A stretch of 64,000 nt of DNA, taken from assembly GCA_902635455.1 (NCBI GenBank), contig CACPNW010000005.1, positions 9,946-73,945 of the forward strand. The letters run 5' to 3'. A program made the position numbers and the translations under genes. The DNA is from an uncultured Alphaproteobacteria bacterium (GTDB taxonomy: Bacteria > Pseudomonadota > Alphaproteobacteria > HIMB59 > GCA-002718135). A model generated the notes under the pieces. That model was not told the origin of the DNA. It was given only the letters and a program-made list of their open reading frames with translations, and made no database searches. Below, in pieces: positions 40,517 through 50,816 of the stretch (position 1 is the first letter of the stretch; each line of letters starts with the position of its first letter).

Positions 40517-41095
40517 ATGGCTAGAATTACAGTAGAAGATTGCATAGATAAATTCCCAAGTAGATTTGAGCTAGTATTAGTTGCTTCTAATAGAGCTAGA
40601 AAACTTCATTCTGGTGAAGAACCTACAGTTGAAAAAGATAATGACAAAAATACAGTTATTGCTTTAAGGGAAATTGCAGATGAAACATTAACTATTGAGA
40701 ATTTAAAAGATAGTCTAATAGAAGAGCACCAAACAGTTCATTTAAGTGATGAAGAAGATAGTATAGATGATGATTTGGATAAAGATACCCAAGAAATAGA
40801 AAATCAAAGTGATGAAAATAAACTTGAAGCTGAAAATCTTGAGCAAGAGTCCGAACAACTAGATCAAAGTGATACTGAAGTTGATTCACAATCAAACGCA
40901 GAAGCTGATACAGAATCAGATAGTGAGTTAGCAGAACAAACTAGTACTGAAGTTGTTTCAAAGCCGGATAAAGAAATAGAATTACAATCATATAATCAAG
41001 AACATAATAATGTAACTGATCAAAATTCTGCTGAAGAAATCAATACCGAAACTGAAATTAAAGATATGAATAACGAAGGTGAAAATTTAGATTAA
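40517..41095 (+). CDS. rpoZ: DNA-directed RNA polymerase omega subunit with a long acidic C-terminal extension
   Basis: 192 aa. N-terminal [30 protein letters not shown] is a canonical omega sequence. The remaining roughly 115 residues are D/E/S/Q/N/T-rich low complexity. rpoZ-spoT synteny. Confidence 0.87.
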   Translation: MARITVEDCIDKFPSRFELVLVASNRARKLHSGEEPTVEKDNDKNTVIALREIADETLTIENLKDSLIEEHQTVHLSDEEDSIDDDLDKDTQEIENQSDENKLEAENLEQESEQLDQSDTEVDSQSNAEADTESDSELAEQTSTEVVSKPDKEIELQSYNQEHNNVTDQNSAEEINTETEIKDMNNEGENLD

Positions 41096-41118
41096 ATTTT
41101 AATTTTCAGGATCCAATT

Positions 41119-43242
41119 ATGATTATTGAAAAATTCAATGAGTTGGATAAATTAGTACCTTATCTAAATAAAAAAGAAAAAGATCTAATTTATGAAGCTC
41201 TTCAATTTAGTAATAAAGCTCATGAAAACCAATTAAGAAAATCTGGTGAACCTTTCATTTTACATCCAATAGAAGTATCAAAAATACTTATTAGCATAAA
41301 GCTAGATGCAGATTCAATTGTAGCGGGCTTGCTTCATGATACAGTTGAAGATACCAAACTTACTTTTAGTGATATAAAAAAAAAATTTGGTAATCAAATT
41401 TCAGAATTGGTAGAAGGACTTACAAAGATAAGTACCTATTCACTCAAAGCTAATAAACAAAAATCTGGTGAAAATTACCGAAAACTTTTATTAGCTGCTA
41501 CTTCAGATTTAAGAGTTATTTTAATAAAATTAGCAGATAGATTGCACAATATGAGAACTATAAATTATATCCAAGATGATAACAAAAAAATTAATATAGC
41601 GCTTGAAACATTAGAAGTTTACTCCCCATTAGCCCAAAGATTGGGAATGAAAGAATGGCAAGATGAATTGGATGATCTGGCTTTTAAAATAATCAATCCT
41701 GATGCAAGAAATTCTATAATAGAGAGATTAGATTATTTAAACACAAAGGAAGAAAATATAATTGATGAAATTAGGTATGAACTAAAAAAAATTTTTTTAG
41801 AAGAAGATATAAATTGTAAAATTATTGGAAGAATTAAATCTACATATTCTATTTGGAATAAAATAAAAAATAAAAATATTTCTTTAGAGCAGTTATCAGA
41901 CATAATGGCTTTTAGAATTATTACCAATTCAACCAGAGAGTGTTATAAGTGTTTAGGAGCTATACATAGAAAATATCCTTACATAAATCAGAGATTTAAA
42001 GATTTCATTTCAGCCCCTAAATCAAATGGCTATAGAGCTTTACATACTTCAGTTATGGGACCAAAAAATAAAAAGATAGAAATTCAATTTAGGTCAAATG
42101 TCATGGAACAAATAGCAGATTTTGGTGTTGCTGCTCATTGGAAATATAAGGACCCAAAAAAAATTAAAGAAAAAGACACAAAAGAATATAAATGGATGCA
42201 TGATTTATTGGATTTAATGAATAACTCAGTTTCTCAAGATGAATTATTAGAAAATTCTAAAATCAAAGTTTTTCAGGATAATATATATGTTTTTACACCA
42301 AAAGGAGAAGTGGTTGAGCTTCCAAAAAATGGAACACCTATAGATTTTGCTTATAATATTCATAGTGAAGTTGGAGATAAATGTGTAGCATGTAAGATTA
42401 ATGAAAAAATGCAACCACTTAAAACTATACTAAAAAATGGAGATCAGGTTGAAATTATTACTTCTGATCAATCTCAACCATCTCCTTTATGGGAAAGATT
42501 TGTTGTAACCTCAAAAGTTAAAACTCAATTAAGACGTTTTTTTAGATCAAAAAAAAGAGATGAGTATATTTTATTTGGTAAGGAAATCATTTCTAAATTA
42601 TTTTTAAAGGAAAATATTGATTTTAATGAAACTACAAAAAATAAAATTATTAATGTTTATAATTTAAAAAATATTGATGACATTTATGAATTAATTGGTT
42701 CTGGTTCAGTTACCGGAATTTCGATTATTAAAAAAATATATCCTGAACTGAACATTAAAGTATCAAAAAAATTTAATTATGAGGAAGAATCTTCAATTAA
42801 ATTAAAAGGATTAACTGCAGGTATGACTTATCATTTAGCCGGATGTTGCTCACCTATTATAGGTGATAATATTGTAGGAATTGTAACAGCAGGAATTGGA
42901 GTTGCTGTCCATACTGTTGATTGTGAAACTTTGTCATCTTATGCAGATAGTCCAGAAAGATGGCTAAATATATCTTGGGAAAGTTCAAATTCTAAAACAC
43001 CAAGCTTTAATAGTAGAATTAATGTAGTTTTAAAGAATCAACCTGGAAGTTTAGGTAAAATTACTACTATTATTGCTAAAAATAATGGAAATATATCTAA
43101 TATTAATTTTTCAAATAGAAAAATTGATTTTTATGAAATAATAATAGATATTGAGGTTAGGGATGCAAATCACTTAAATAATATAATTGCAGCTTTAAGA
43201 CTTGTTACTGAAGTTTCTTCATTGGAAAGAATTAAGGGTTAA
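41119..43242 (+). CDS. spoT: Bifunctional (p)ppGpp synthetase/hydrolase (RSH family)
   Basis: 707 aa. HD hydrolase domain (HPIEV...LLHDTVEDT), synthetase domain (YRALHTSV, IQFRS), TGS and a C-terminal ACT domain. Confidence 0.93.
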   Translation: MIIEKFNELDKLVPYLNKKEKDLIYEALQFSNKAHENQLRKSGEPFILHPIEVSKILISIKLDADSIVAGLLHDTVEDTKLTFSDIKKKFGNQISELVEGLTKISTYSLKANKQKSGENYRKLLLAATSDLRVILIKLADRLHNMRTINYIQDDNKKINIALETLEVYSPLAQRLGMKEWQDELDDLAFKIINPDARNSIIERLDYLNTKEENIIDEIRYELKKIFLEEDINCKIIGRIKSTYSIWNKIKNKNISLEQLSDIMAFRIITNSTRECYKCLGAIHRKYPYINQRFKDFISAPKSNGYRALHTSVMGPKNKKIEIQFRSNVMEQIADFGVAAHWKYKDPKKIKEKDTKEYKWMHDLLDLMNNSVSQDELLENSKIKVFQDNIYVFTPKGEVVELPKNGTPIDFAYNIHSEVGDKCVACKINEKMQPLKTILKNGDQVEIITSDQSQPSPLWERFVVTSKVKTQLRRFFRSKKRDEYILFGKEIISKLFLKENIDFNETTKNKIINVYNLKNIDDIYELIGSGSVTGISIIKKIYPELNIKVSKKFNYEEESSIKLKGLTAGMTYHLAGCCSPIIGDNIVGIVTAGIGVAVHTVDCETLSSYADSPERWLNISWESSNSKTPSFNSRINVVLKNQPGSLGKITTIIAKNNGNISNINFSNRKIDFYEIIIDIEVRDANHLNNIIAALRLVTEVSSLERIKG

Positions 43243-43243
43243 A

Positions 43244-43633
43244 ATGATAATAGGAATGGGAACTGATATAATAGATATTAGAAGGATAAAAAAAACCATT
43301 GAAAAATATGGTTTTAGATTTAAAAATAAATGTTTTTCAAAATCAGAAATTCAGAGATCAGAAAGCAAAACCAATTCAATTGAATCATATGCCAAAAGAT
43401 ATGCAGCTAAAGAAGCTTGTTCAAAGGCATTGGGCACAGGCTTAGCTAGAGGTGTTTTTTGGAAAGATATTGAAATCAAAAACAATAAGTATGGTAAACC
43501 ATTTATTACCCTTCATAACAATGCAAAAAAAATTTTAAGTCAATTCAATTTAAATAATACTAAAATTGAAGTTTCATTAAGTGACGAAAAAAATTATGCT
43601 ATTGCAAATGTAATAATTTTTAAAAATGAGTAA
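43244..43633 (+). CDS. acpS: Holo-[acyl-carrier-protein] synthase
   Basis: The track ORF begins at a TTG at 43202, inside spoT. The ATG at 43244 gives MIIGMGTDIIDIRRI, the canonical AcpS N-terminus. Confidence 0.88.
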   Translation: MIIGMGTDIIDIRRIKKTIEKYGFRFKNKCFSKSEIQRSESKTNSIESYAKRYAAKEACSKALGTGLARGVFWKDIEIKNNKYGKPFITLHNNAKKILSQFNLNNTKIEVSLSDEKNYAIANVIIFKNE

Positions 43634-44351
43634 AAAAAATAGTTTTTTAAGTAATTTTAAATCAATAAGTTTAGCAATTTTAATTGCTCTTTTAATCAGA
43701 TCTTTTATAGCCGAGCCTTTTAATATCCCTTCAGGTTCAATGAAACCTAATTTATTAGTTGGTGATTTCATATTTGTTTCAAAATGGTCTTATGGTTACT
43801 CTAAGCACTCTTTACCATTTTCGATACCTTTAATTCCAAGTAAAATTTTTGAAAACATGCCTAAAAGAGGAGATATTGTTGTTTTTAAAACTCCTCAAGA
43901 TAATCGTACAGATTACATAAAAAGAGTAATAGGACTGCCAGGTGATAAAATTATAATTAAAGAAGGAACAATCATAATTAATGACAAAATGATCTTAAGA
44001 AAAAAAATGAAAGATTTTATTGATAATGATAATAACGTTAATTTTAAAAGAGTTAGAAAATATAAAGAATATTTTTATAATTTAGAAATTGAAATATTAG
44101 ATATGTTTGATCAAGGAATTTCTGATGATACAGAACTATTCATTGTACCTAATGAACATTTTTTTGTTATGGGTGATAATAGAGATAATTCTCAAGATAG
44201 TAGATTTTCAAGTGTTGGATTTATTCCAATAGAAAATTTAGTTGGAAAAGCACAATTTATATTTTTCTCTTTAGAAAATTCAAGATTTTTACAAATATGG
44301 AAATGGCCAAAAGCAATTAGGTATAATCGATTATTTACTAAAATTAGATGA
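43626..44351 (+). CDS. lepB: Signal peptidase I
   Basis: 241 aa. S26 motifs PSGSMKPNL (Ser), KRVIGLPGD (Lys) and GDNRDNSQDSR. Confidence 0.92.
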   Translation: MSKKNSFLSNFKSISLAILIALLIRSFIAEPFNIPSGSMKPNLLVGDFIFVSKWSYGYSKHSLPFSIPLIPSKIFENMPKRGDIVVFKTPQDNRTDYIKRVIGLPGDKIIIKEGTIIINDKMILRKKMKDFIDNDNNVNFKRVRKYKEYFYNLEIEILDMFDQGISDDTELFIVPNEHFFVMGDNRDNSQDSRFSSVGFIPIENLVGKAQFIFFSLENSRFLQIWKWPKAIRYNRLFTKIR

Positions 44352-45046
44352 TAACAAGTAAAACGATAATTAAATTTGAAAAAGTTATTGAATATCAATT
44401 TAAAAATAAAGAATTATTAAAATCATCTTTAATTCACCCTAGTTATGTTAAGGATAAGAAAAATAAAAAGATCAATCTATATAATGATTTTGAAAGATTA
44501 GAATTTTTAGGAGATAGGGTACTAGGATTAGTAATAGCTTCAATTCTTTACAAAAGGTTTAAAAATTTTAATGAAGGAGATTTATCAAAAAAATTATCTT
44601 ATTTAGTTCAAAAAAATTTTTTATATAAAATATCTAATAATTTATATCTTGAAAAAATATTGAAATATTCATTCAAAAAGGAGAATAATAAATTAAATAT
44701 TTCTATATTTGCTGATGCTGTTGAGGCTTTAATAGGATCAATTTATTTAGATGGCGGATATAAAGCTTCTTTAAAATTTATAGATAAATATTGGGGTCCA
44801 TATTTTAATATTAAGACTTCAAGCTTTCAGGACCCTAAAACTAAATTGCAGGAAATTTCACAACAAAAATTTAAAAAGTTGCCAGAATATAAATTAAGTG
44901 AAAAAAAAGGTCCTTCACATTCACCCACTTTTACCGTTACATTGAAAGCATTAAACTTAAATCAGATTAAAGCTAAAGGGAGCTCAATTCGTGAGGCAGA
45001 AAAAAATGCTGCAATCATTGCTTTAAAAAACATATATGAAAAGTAA
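44348..45046 (+). CDS. rnc: Ribonuclease III
   Basis: 232 aa. ERLEFLGDRVLG signature and a C-terminal dsRBD. Confidence 0.93.
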   Translation: MITSKTIIKFEKVIEYQFKNKELLKSSLIHPSYVKDKKNKKINLYNDFERLEFLGDRVLGLVIASILYKRFKNFNEGDLSKKLSYLVQKNFLYKISNNLYLEKILKYSFKKENNKLNISIFADAVEALIGSIYLDGGYKASLKFIDKYWGPYFNIKTSSFQDPKTKLQEISQQKFKKLPEYKLSEKKGPSHSPTFTVTLKALNLNQIKAKGSSIREAEKNAAIIALKNIYEK

Positions 45047-45887
45047 AATTCTTAAAATTGCACTAGTAGGCTTAACCAATGCTGGCAAATCTACTTTAGT
45101 CAATTGTATAGTTGGTGAAACAGTCTCAATAACCAATAAAAAAATTAATACTACTCAAGAATTGATTTTAGGTATTACTAATATTAATAATAATCAACTA
45201 ATATTTTATGACACACCTGGTCTAAACTTCCTTAAATCAAAAATTAAAACTGAAAAAAAATTAAAAATTAATTTATGGCAAGGCATAGATACCTCTGATT
45301 TAATTATATATTTAATTGATTCAAAAAAAATTGATTTAAAGTCAGTATATGAAAACATTAAAATTTTAACACCAACTAAAATAAAAATTATTATAGTTTT
45401 TAATAAAATTGACTTAATAGATAAAAATAAATTACTTCCCATTATAAAAAAAATATCTGAATTTTATGAAATTAATAGTTTTTTTACTATTTCAGCTAAG
45501 TATAATATCGGTGTTAAAAATTTATTAAATAATTTAATTAAGCTATCTAAACATGACAAATGGCTATATTTGAAGGATGAAATTTCAGATAAAGATGAAG
45601 GTTTTATTTCTATAGAGTGTACACGCAATGCTATTTTAACATATTTACATGATGAGCTTCCTTATAATGTTAAAATTATTAATAAAACATTTAAATATTT
45701 AAATAAAAATGAACTAAAAATCAAACAACAGATTATTATAGATAATAAAAGATATAAAAAAATTATTTTAGGCAAGAAAGGAATTAAAATTAAAACCATT
45801 AGAGAATTTAGCCAAAAACAAATATCAAATATTTTAAAATATAAGACACATTTATATATTGAAGTAGTTACAGATAATGCAAATTAA
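45036..45887 (+). CDS. era: GTPase Era
   Basis: 283 aa. G1 GLTNAGKST, G3 DTPG, G4 NKID and a C-terminal KH domain. rnc-era-recO synteny. Confidence 0.9.
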   Translation: MKSKILKIALVGLTNAGKSTLVNCIVGETVSITNKKINTTQELILGITNINNNQLIFYDTPGLNFLKSKIKTEKKLKINLWQGIDTSDLIIYLIDSKKIDLKSVYENIKILTPTKIKIIIVFNKIDLIDKNKLLPIIKKISEFYEINSFFTISAKYNIGVKNLLNNLIKLSKHDKWLYLKDEISDKDEGFISIECTRNAILTYLHDELPYNVKIINKTFKYLNKNELKIKQQIIIDNKRYKKIILGKKGIKIKTIREFSQKQISNILKYKTHLYIEVVTDNAN

Positions 45888-46572
45888 AACTTACGGAATC
45901 TTGTTATTTTCAAAAGTTATTAAAGAAAATGACTTGTTTATTAAAGTTTTATCAAATGAAGACAAACTACTTACTGGTATTGTATATGGTGGAAACTCAT
46001 CAAAAAAAAAAAATATTTATCAAATAGGTTATTTTCTTAATTTAAGAATAGTTAAAAAAAATTCTAATATTCCAAATTCAATAGATGCAGATATAAGCAA
46101 ACCTTTGATAGGCTCTATTATTGAAGATAAATATAAATTGTATTGTTTATTATCTGTAACATCTTTAATTAATTTATCTATAGTAGAGGGTCAAAATCTA
46201 AATGGCATTTTTAAAACAACTGAACAATTTTTAAATGTTTTAGTAAAAAAAAATAACTGGATTAGATCATTTTGTCTATGGTTATTCGATTTATTAAGAA
46301 TTATTGGCTATGATATTGACTATAAAATAAATAATGAAAAAAAATATTTTGATACTAACTTACTAGAATTTACTGATAATAAAGGTATAGAAACCTATAA
46401 TTTTCCTCATAAATTTTTAGAAGGTAATGAAAAAATTTCTATATCAAATATTAAAGTAGTTTTTTTAATATTTGAATATATATTTAAGAACAATCATTTA
46501 ATTCATTATAATAATAAATTGCCACAAAATTATATGAATTTTAAAAAAATAATATTAAATTATCTAAACTAA
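45877..46572 (+). CDS. recO: DNA repair protein RecO
   Basis: 231 aa. Divergent sequence. Assignment rests on conserved era-recO synteny and an N-terminal OB-like segment (GILLFSKVIKENDLFIKVLS...GIVYGG). Confidence 0.7.
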   Translation: MQIKTYGILLFSKVIKENDLFIKVLSNEDKLLTGIVYGGNSSKKKNIYQIGYFLNLRIVKKNSNIPNSIDADISKPLIGSIIEDKYKLYCLLSVTSLINLSIVEGQNLNGIFKTTEQFLNVLVKKNNWIRSFCLWLFDLLRIIGYDIDYKINNEKKYFDTNLLEFTDNKGIETYNFPHKFLEGNEKISISNIKVVFLIFEYIFKNNHLIHYNNKLPQNYMNFKKIILNYLN

Positions 46573-46573
46573 T

Positions 46574-48772
46574 ATGACAGAACTAATTAAGAATAAAATA
46601 GATCAAATATTAAGTGAGAAATATTTGTCTTATGCTGTTTCGACTATTATTTCCAGATCTATTCCCGATGTAAGAGATGGTTTAAAGCCTGTACACAGAA
46701 GAATTATCTATTCTATGTATCAGTTAAAACTAACTAACGAATCAACTTTTAAAAAATCAGCTAGAATTGTTGGAGATGTGATGGGAAAATTTCATCCTCA
46801 TGGTGATCAAGCTATATATGATAGTCTTGTAAGAATGGCTCAAGATTTTTCTTCAAGGCATACTCTTGTCGAAGGACAGGGTAATTTTGGAAATATAGAT
46901 GGAGATAACCCTGCAGCTATGAGGTATACTGAGGCTCGACTTGACAAAATATCAAATTATTTTTTTGACGGTATAGAAGAAAATTCAGTTAATTTTAAGG
47001 AAAATTATGATGGTCAAAACTTTGAACCAGAAGTTTTGCCTACTAAACTTCCTAACATTTTACTTAATGGATCTTCCGGAATAGCAGTTGGTATGGCTAC
47101 TAATATTCCACCGCATAATTTATATGAATTAAATGAAGCAATTATTCAGTTAATTAAAAACCCCTCAATTACTAATAATAAATTAATTAAGTATATCCAT
47201 GGTCCTGATTTGCCTACTGGTGGTGAGATTAACTTAAGTGAGTCAGAAAAAAAAGATATTTATATTAAGGGTAAGGGATCTTTTTTAATTTCATCTAAAT
47301 GGAAAATAGAAAATTTAAAAAATGGATTATATCAAATTGTCATTAATGAAATACCTTATCAAATAAATAAAACAAAAATTATAGAGCAATTAGCTAATTT
47401 GATTAATTCAAAAAAGGTACCTATTGATGATGTTGCAGATGAGTCTGATGAGAATATTCGTATAGTTTTAAAACCAAAAAATAGGAATATAGACTCAAAA
47501 AAATTAATGGAACTTTGTTTTAAATTATCAGATTTATCCATACGTTTTTCTTGTAATTTTAATGTTTTAGAAGATGGTCAAGTTCCAAAACAACTAGGAC
47601 TTAAAGATATACTTTCCCATTTTATCAACCATAGAAAAAATACAATTAAAAGAAAATCTGAATTTAAAATTAAAAAAATTAATTTAAGATTAGAAATTCT
47701 TCAAGGATATTTAATTGCTTATCAATATTTAGATTCTATCATAAAGATTATACGCAAAAATAATGATCCTAAAAAAATTATCATAAAAAAATATAAACTT
47801 ACAAATAATCAAGCAGAAGCTATATTATCAATGAGATTAGGGTCTTTAAAAAAAATAGATGAAAACAACACAAAAAAAGACATTAAAGAATTTAGCGATC
47901 AAAAAAAATATTTAAAAAAATTAATAAGTAATAAAATAGTTTTGAACAACTATCTAATTGAAGATACAAAAAATATAAATGCTGAAATAGATGAGGATAT
48001 ATCTAAACGCAGATCTTTAATATCTAAAAAAACTATAGCTAATAATGATGTGAACTTAGAAGAATTTGTAGAAGTAGAAAAAATTACAATTTTAATTACC
48101 AAAGATAAATTAATTAAAAAGATCAAAGATCATATTAGTTTTGATCAACTTAAAAAAGCAGATCAAAAAATTGAATCAGCTATACATTTGATGTCTAATG
48201 AGAAAATATTAATCTTTGTTTCTTCAGGTAGAGTTTTTTCATTAGATCCTAATATATTGCCATCAGGTAAATCAAACCCTAAATCAATCTTTTATTTTAT
48301 TGATGCTATAACAAATGATAAATTGGTAGGAATAATAAAAGCTGAAACAAATAAATTTTGTATTCTGGTTTCTGAAAGAGGTAAAGGTTTTGTTTCAGAA
48401 ATTAGCTCAATGCTTACAAATCAAAAAAAAGGTAAACAAATATTTAATTTAAAATCAAGTGATGTATTAGTTAAAGTTTTAGAATGTAATAAAAATCATT
48501 TGGCTTCAGTAAATAAATCTGGAAAGTTGCTAATTATTGATATTAAAAATCTCCCAATTTTACAAAAGGGTGGGGGAGTTCAAATTATTAAAATTAAAGA
48601 GGGCGATGCCTTATCAGATATTAAATTAATTGATTTGTCTGAAGGATTATCTTGGAAAACTGGCTCTAAAGTTAGAAATATAACTGATATTAAGTTCTGG
48701 ATTGGAAAAAGAGCACAGTCAGGAAAAAAAGTACCTAAATTTTTCAATAAAAATTTAAAATTTTTTGATTAA
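46574..48772 (+). CDS. parC: DNA topoisomerase IV subunit A
   Basis: 732 aa. DGLKPVHRR and the active-site Tyr in [11 protein letters not shown] short C-terminal domain with no GyrA-box-like QRRGGKG, which favours ParC over GyrA. Confidence 0.88.
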   Translation: MTELIKNKIDQILSEKYLSYAVSTIISRSIPDVRDGLKPVHRRIIYSMYQLKLTNESTFKKSARIVGDVMGKFHPHGDQAIYDSLVRMAQDFSSRHTLVEGQGNFGNIDGDNPAAMRYTEARLDKISNYFFDGIEENSVNFKENYDGQNFEPEVLPTKLPNILLNGSSGIAVGMATNIPPHNLYELNEAIIQLIKNPSITNNKLIKYIHGPDLPTGGEINLSESEKKDIYIKGKGSFLISSKWKIENLKNGLYQIVINEIPYQINKTKIIEQLANLINSKKVPIDDVADESDENIRIVLKPKNRNIDSKKLMELCFKLSDLSIRFSCNFNVLEDGQVPKQLGLKDILSHFINHRKNTIKRKSEFKIKKINLRLEILQGYLIAYQYLDSIIKIIRKNNDPKKIIIKKYKLTNNQAEAILSMRLGSLKKIDENNTKKDIKEFSDQKKYLKKLISNKIVLNNYLIEDTKNINAEIDEDISKRRSLISKKTIANNDVNLEEFVEVEKITILITKDKLIKKIKDHISFDQLKKADQKIESAIHLMSNEKILIFVSSGRVFSLDPNILPSGKSNPKSIFYFIDAITNDKLVGIIKAETNKFCILVSERGKGFVSEISSMLTNQKKGKQIFNLKSSDVLVKVLECNKNHLASVNKSGKLLIIDIKNLPILQKGGGVQIIKIKEGDALSDIKLIDLSEGLSWKTGSKVRNITDIKFWIGKRAQSGKKVPKFFNKNLKFFD

Positions 48773-48894
48773 TAGTTTTTAAAAAATTTTATAAATATAT
48801 AAATTTATCAACAAAAGGTTAGTAATAAACTTCAAAATTACTTAGGATATGATGATCTTTTTATTTAGATTAAGTAACAATATATAACAATTCT

Positions 48895-49407
48895 ATGTTT
48901 TTTAATAATTTAAAAACTCTAACATTACTTATTGGATTAATTAATAAGTTTGCTGGTTATTTTTGCTCTTTTTTAGTTGTTTTTATGACGTTCAATGTTT
49001 TTTTAGTTGTTGTTTTAAGGTATTTATTTGGAATTAGTTTTATATGGATGCAGGAAACTTATGTTTGGATGCATGCATATATTTTTATGCTTGGTGCTGG
49101 ATTTACATATTTAAATGATGATCATGTTAGAATAGATATTCTTTATAGAAATGCATCTCAAACTTATCGTGCTTTAATTGATTTAATTGGTAATGTTTTT
49201 TTTCTTCTACCTTTTCTTTATATTATATGGTCTTATAGTTTTCCATTTGTCTACAAATCTTGGCAAATGAATGAAATTTCTAGAGAGGCTGGGGGATTAA
49301 GTATGTTGTTTTTATTGAAATTAGCAATTTTACTTTTTGTAATTTTTTTGTTTATTCAATCAATTTCAAAAATAATAAATAGTTTTATATATATCTTTAA
49401 GAAATGA
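48895..49407 (+). CDS. TRAP transporter small permease (DctQ-like)
   Basis: 170 aa with 4 TM segments. Immediately precedes and overlaps the large permease gene. Confidence 0.8.
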   Translation: MFFNNLKTLTLLIGLINKFAGYFCSFLVVFMTFNVFLVVVLRYLFGISFIWMQETYVWMHAYIFMLGAGFTYLNDDHVRIDILYRNASQTYRALIDLIGNVFFLLPFLYIIWSYSFPFVYKSWQMNEISREAGGLSMLFLLKLAILLFVIFLFIQSISKIINSFIYIFKK

Positions 49408-50777
49408 CTTCTGAAATTTTAGCAATAATAATGTTTGCCACAACATTATGTTTTTTAATTTTTGGTTTTCCAGTTGCGTTTACTTTAGCTGGATCTGCTT
49501 TAATTTTTGCTTTCATAGGTGACTACTTAGATATTTTTAATTTTAGAATGCTATTTTTTTTCCCTCAACGCATTTACGGTATTATGATTAATGAAGCATT
49601 GGTTGCTGTACCATTGTTTATTTTTATGGGAGTAATGTTAGAAAAAACAAAAATTGCAGCAAAGCTTTTAGAGTCTATAGGAGATTTGTTTGGATCAGTA
49701 AGAGGAGGTTTGGGAATTGGAGTTGTTTTAGTAGGTATGTTATTAGCAGCTTCAACAGGTATTGTTGGTGCAACAGTCGTTACTATGGGTATGTTAGCAC
49801 TACCAACAATGTTAAAAGCAGGTTATGATGAAAAAATAGCAACTGGAACAATTTGTGCTTCAGGAACTCTGGGACAAATCATTCCCCCATCAATAGTATT
49901 AATACTTCTGGCAGAAATGTTGCAAGGAGCAAATGAAGAAGCAGGATTAATGACAGGTGATTTAGCCCCTTTGCCTGTTACTGCTATTGATTTATTTGCA
50001 GGAGCTTTATTCCCAGGATTGATATTAGTTTTAATGTTCATTATTTACATTGTTTTTCTTGCAATAATTAAACCCAAAGAATTACCAGTTTCTAAAATAA
50101 ATAAACCTAAATCTGAAATTTTAAGAAATGCTATGGTTGAAATTATTCCTCCAATTTTTTTAATTTTATCAGTATTAGGTTCAATTTTTTTAGGTATTGC
50201 AACACCTACAGAGTCAGCATCAGTTGGTGCTGCTGGAGCAGCATTATTAGCAGCGTTTAGAAGGGAATTAACTTTTAAAAATGTCTCTGGGGCAGCTATT
50301 ACTACTGCAAAAATGAGTTCTTTTGTTTTTATAATTTTAATGGGCGCGTCTATGTTTTCATTAGTATTTAGAGGTTTTGAAGGTGATGATATGATTAGTA
50401 ATTTTCTAACAAATTTGCCTGGAGGTGAATATGGAGCCTTATTAGTTGTTATGGTTACAATTTTTTTATTAGGTTTTTTTCTTGATTACATCGAAATAAT
50501 ATTTGTAATCATACCTCTTGTGGGACCTGGGTTAATAGCCAATGGGGCCGACCCGTTGTGGCTAGGTATATTAATTTCTTTAAATTTACAAACAAGTTTT
50601 CTTACTCCACCATTTGGTTTTTCATTATTTTTCTTAAGAGGTGTTGCACCAAAGAATGTAAGAACTTTAAATATTTATAGAGGAGTTATTCCTTTTATTT
50701 TTATTCAAGTAATTGCAATAATTTTAGTTTTTGTTTTTCCAGAAATTGCAACTTGGTTACCTAGATTAATAAATTAA
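49404..50777 (+). CDS. TRAP transporter large permease (DctM-like)
   Basis: 457 aa polytopic protein of the DctM family (GTLGQIIPPSI, FLTPPFGF). Confidence 0.9.
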   Translation: MTSEILAIIMFATTLCFLIFGFPVAFTLAGSALIFAFIGDYLDIFNFRMLFFFPQRIYGIMINEALVAVPLFIFMGVMLEKTKIAAKLLESIGDLFGSVRGGLGIGVVLVGMLLAASTGIVGATVVTMGMLALPTMLKAGYDEKIATGTICASGTLGQIIPPSIVLILLAEMLQGANEEAGLMTGDLAPLPVTAIDLFAGALFPGLILVLMFIIYIVFLAIIKPKELPVSKINKPKSEILRNAMVEIIPPIFLILSVLGSIFLGIATPTESASVGAAGAALLAAFRRELTFKNVSGAAITTAKMSSFVFIILMGASMFSLVFRGFEGDDMISNFLTNLPGGEYGALLVVMVTIFLLGFFLDYIEIIFVIIPLVGPGLIANGADPLWLGILISLNLQTSFLTPPFGFSLFFLRGVAPKNVRTLNIYRGVIPFIFIQVIAIILVFVFPEIATWLPRLIN

Positions 50778-50779
50778 AA

Positions 50780-50805
50780 AAAGAGGCCTAAAAATAGACC
50801 TCTTT
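50780..50805 (-). terminator. Candidate rho-independent terminator of the TRAP binding-protein gene
   Basis: 7-bp stem AAAGAGG (50780-50786) / CCTCTTT (50799-50805) with a 12-nt loop. On the minus strand it is followed by TTTTAATTT. Sits in the 39-bp gap between the convergent stops. Confidence 0.45.
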
Positions 50806-50816
50806 AGTAAAAAAAA

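Noticed and set aside
43202-43243. Upstream TTG start for acpS (track ORF), and the longer starts for ruvX (35429), the PhyH gene (29242), rpmF (63171) and the aminotransferase (23125)
   Set aside because: The extended N-termini overlap neighbouring genes and add residues foreign to the families. Internal ATG codons give canonical N-termini: MIIGMGTDIIDI, MDDQINL...VGLDLGTKT, MKVIEKY, MAVPKRK and MHRVAYV.
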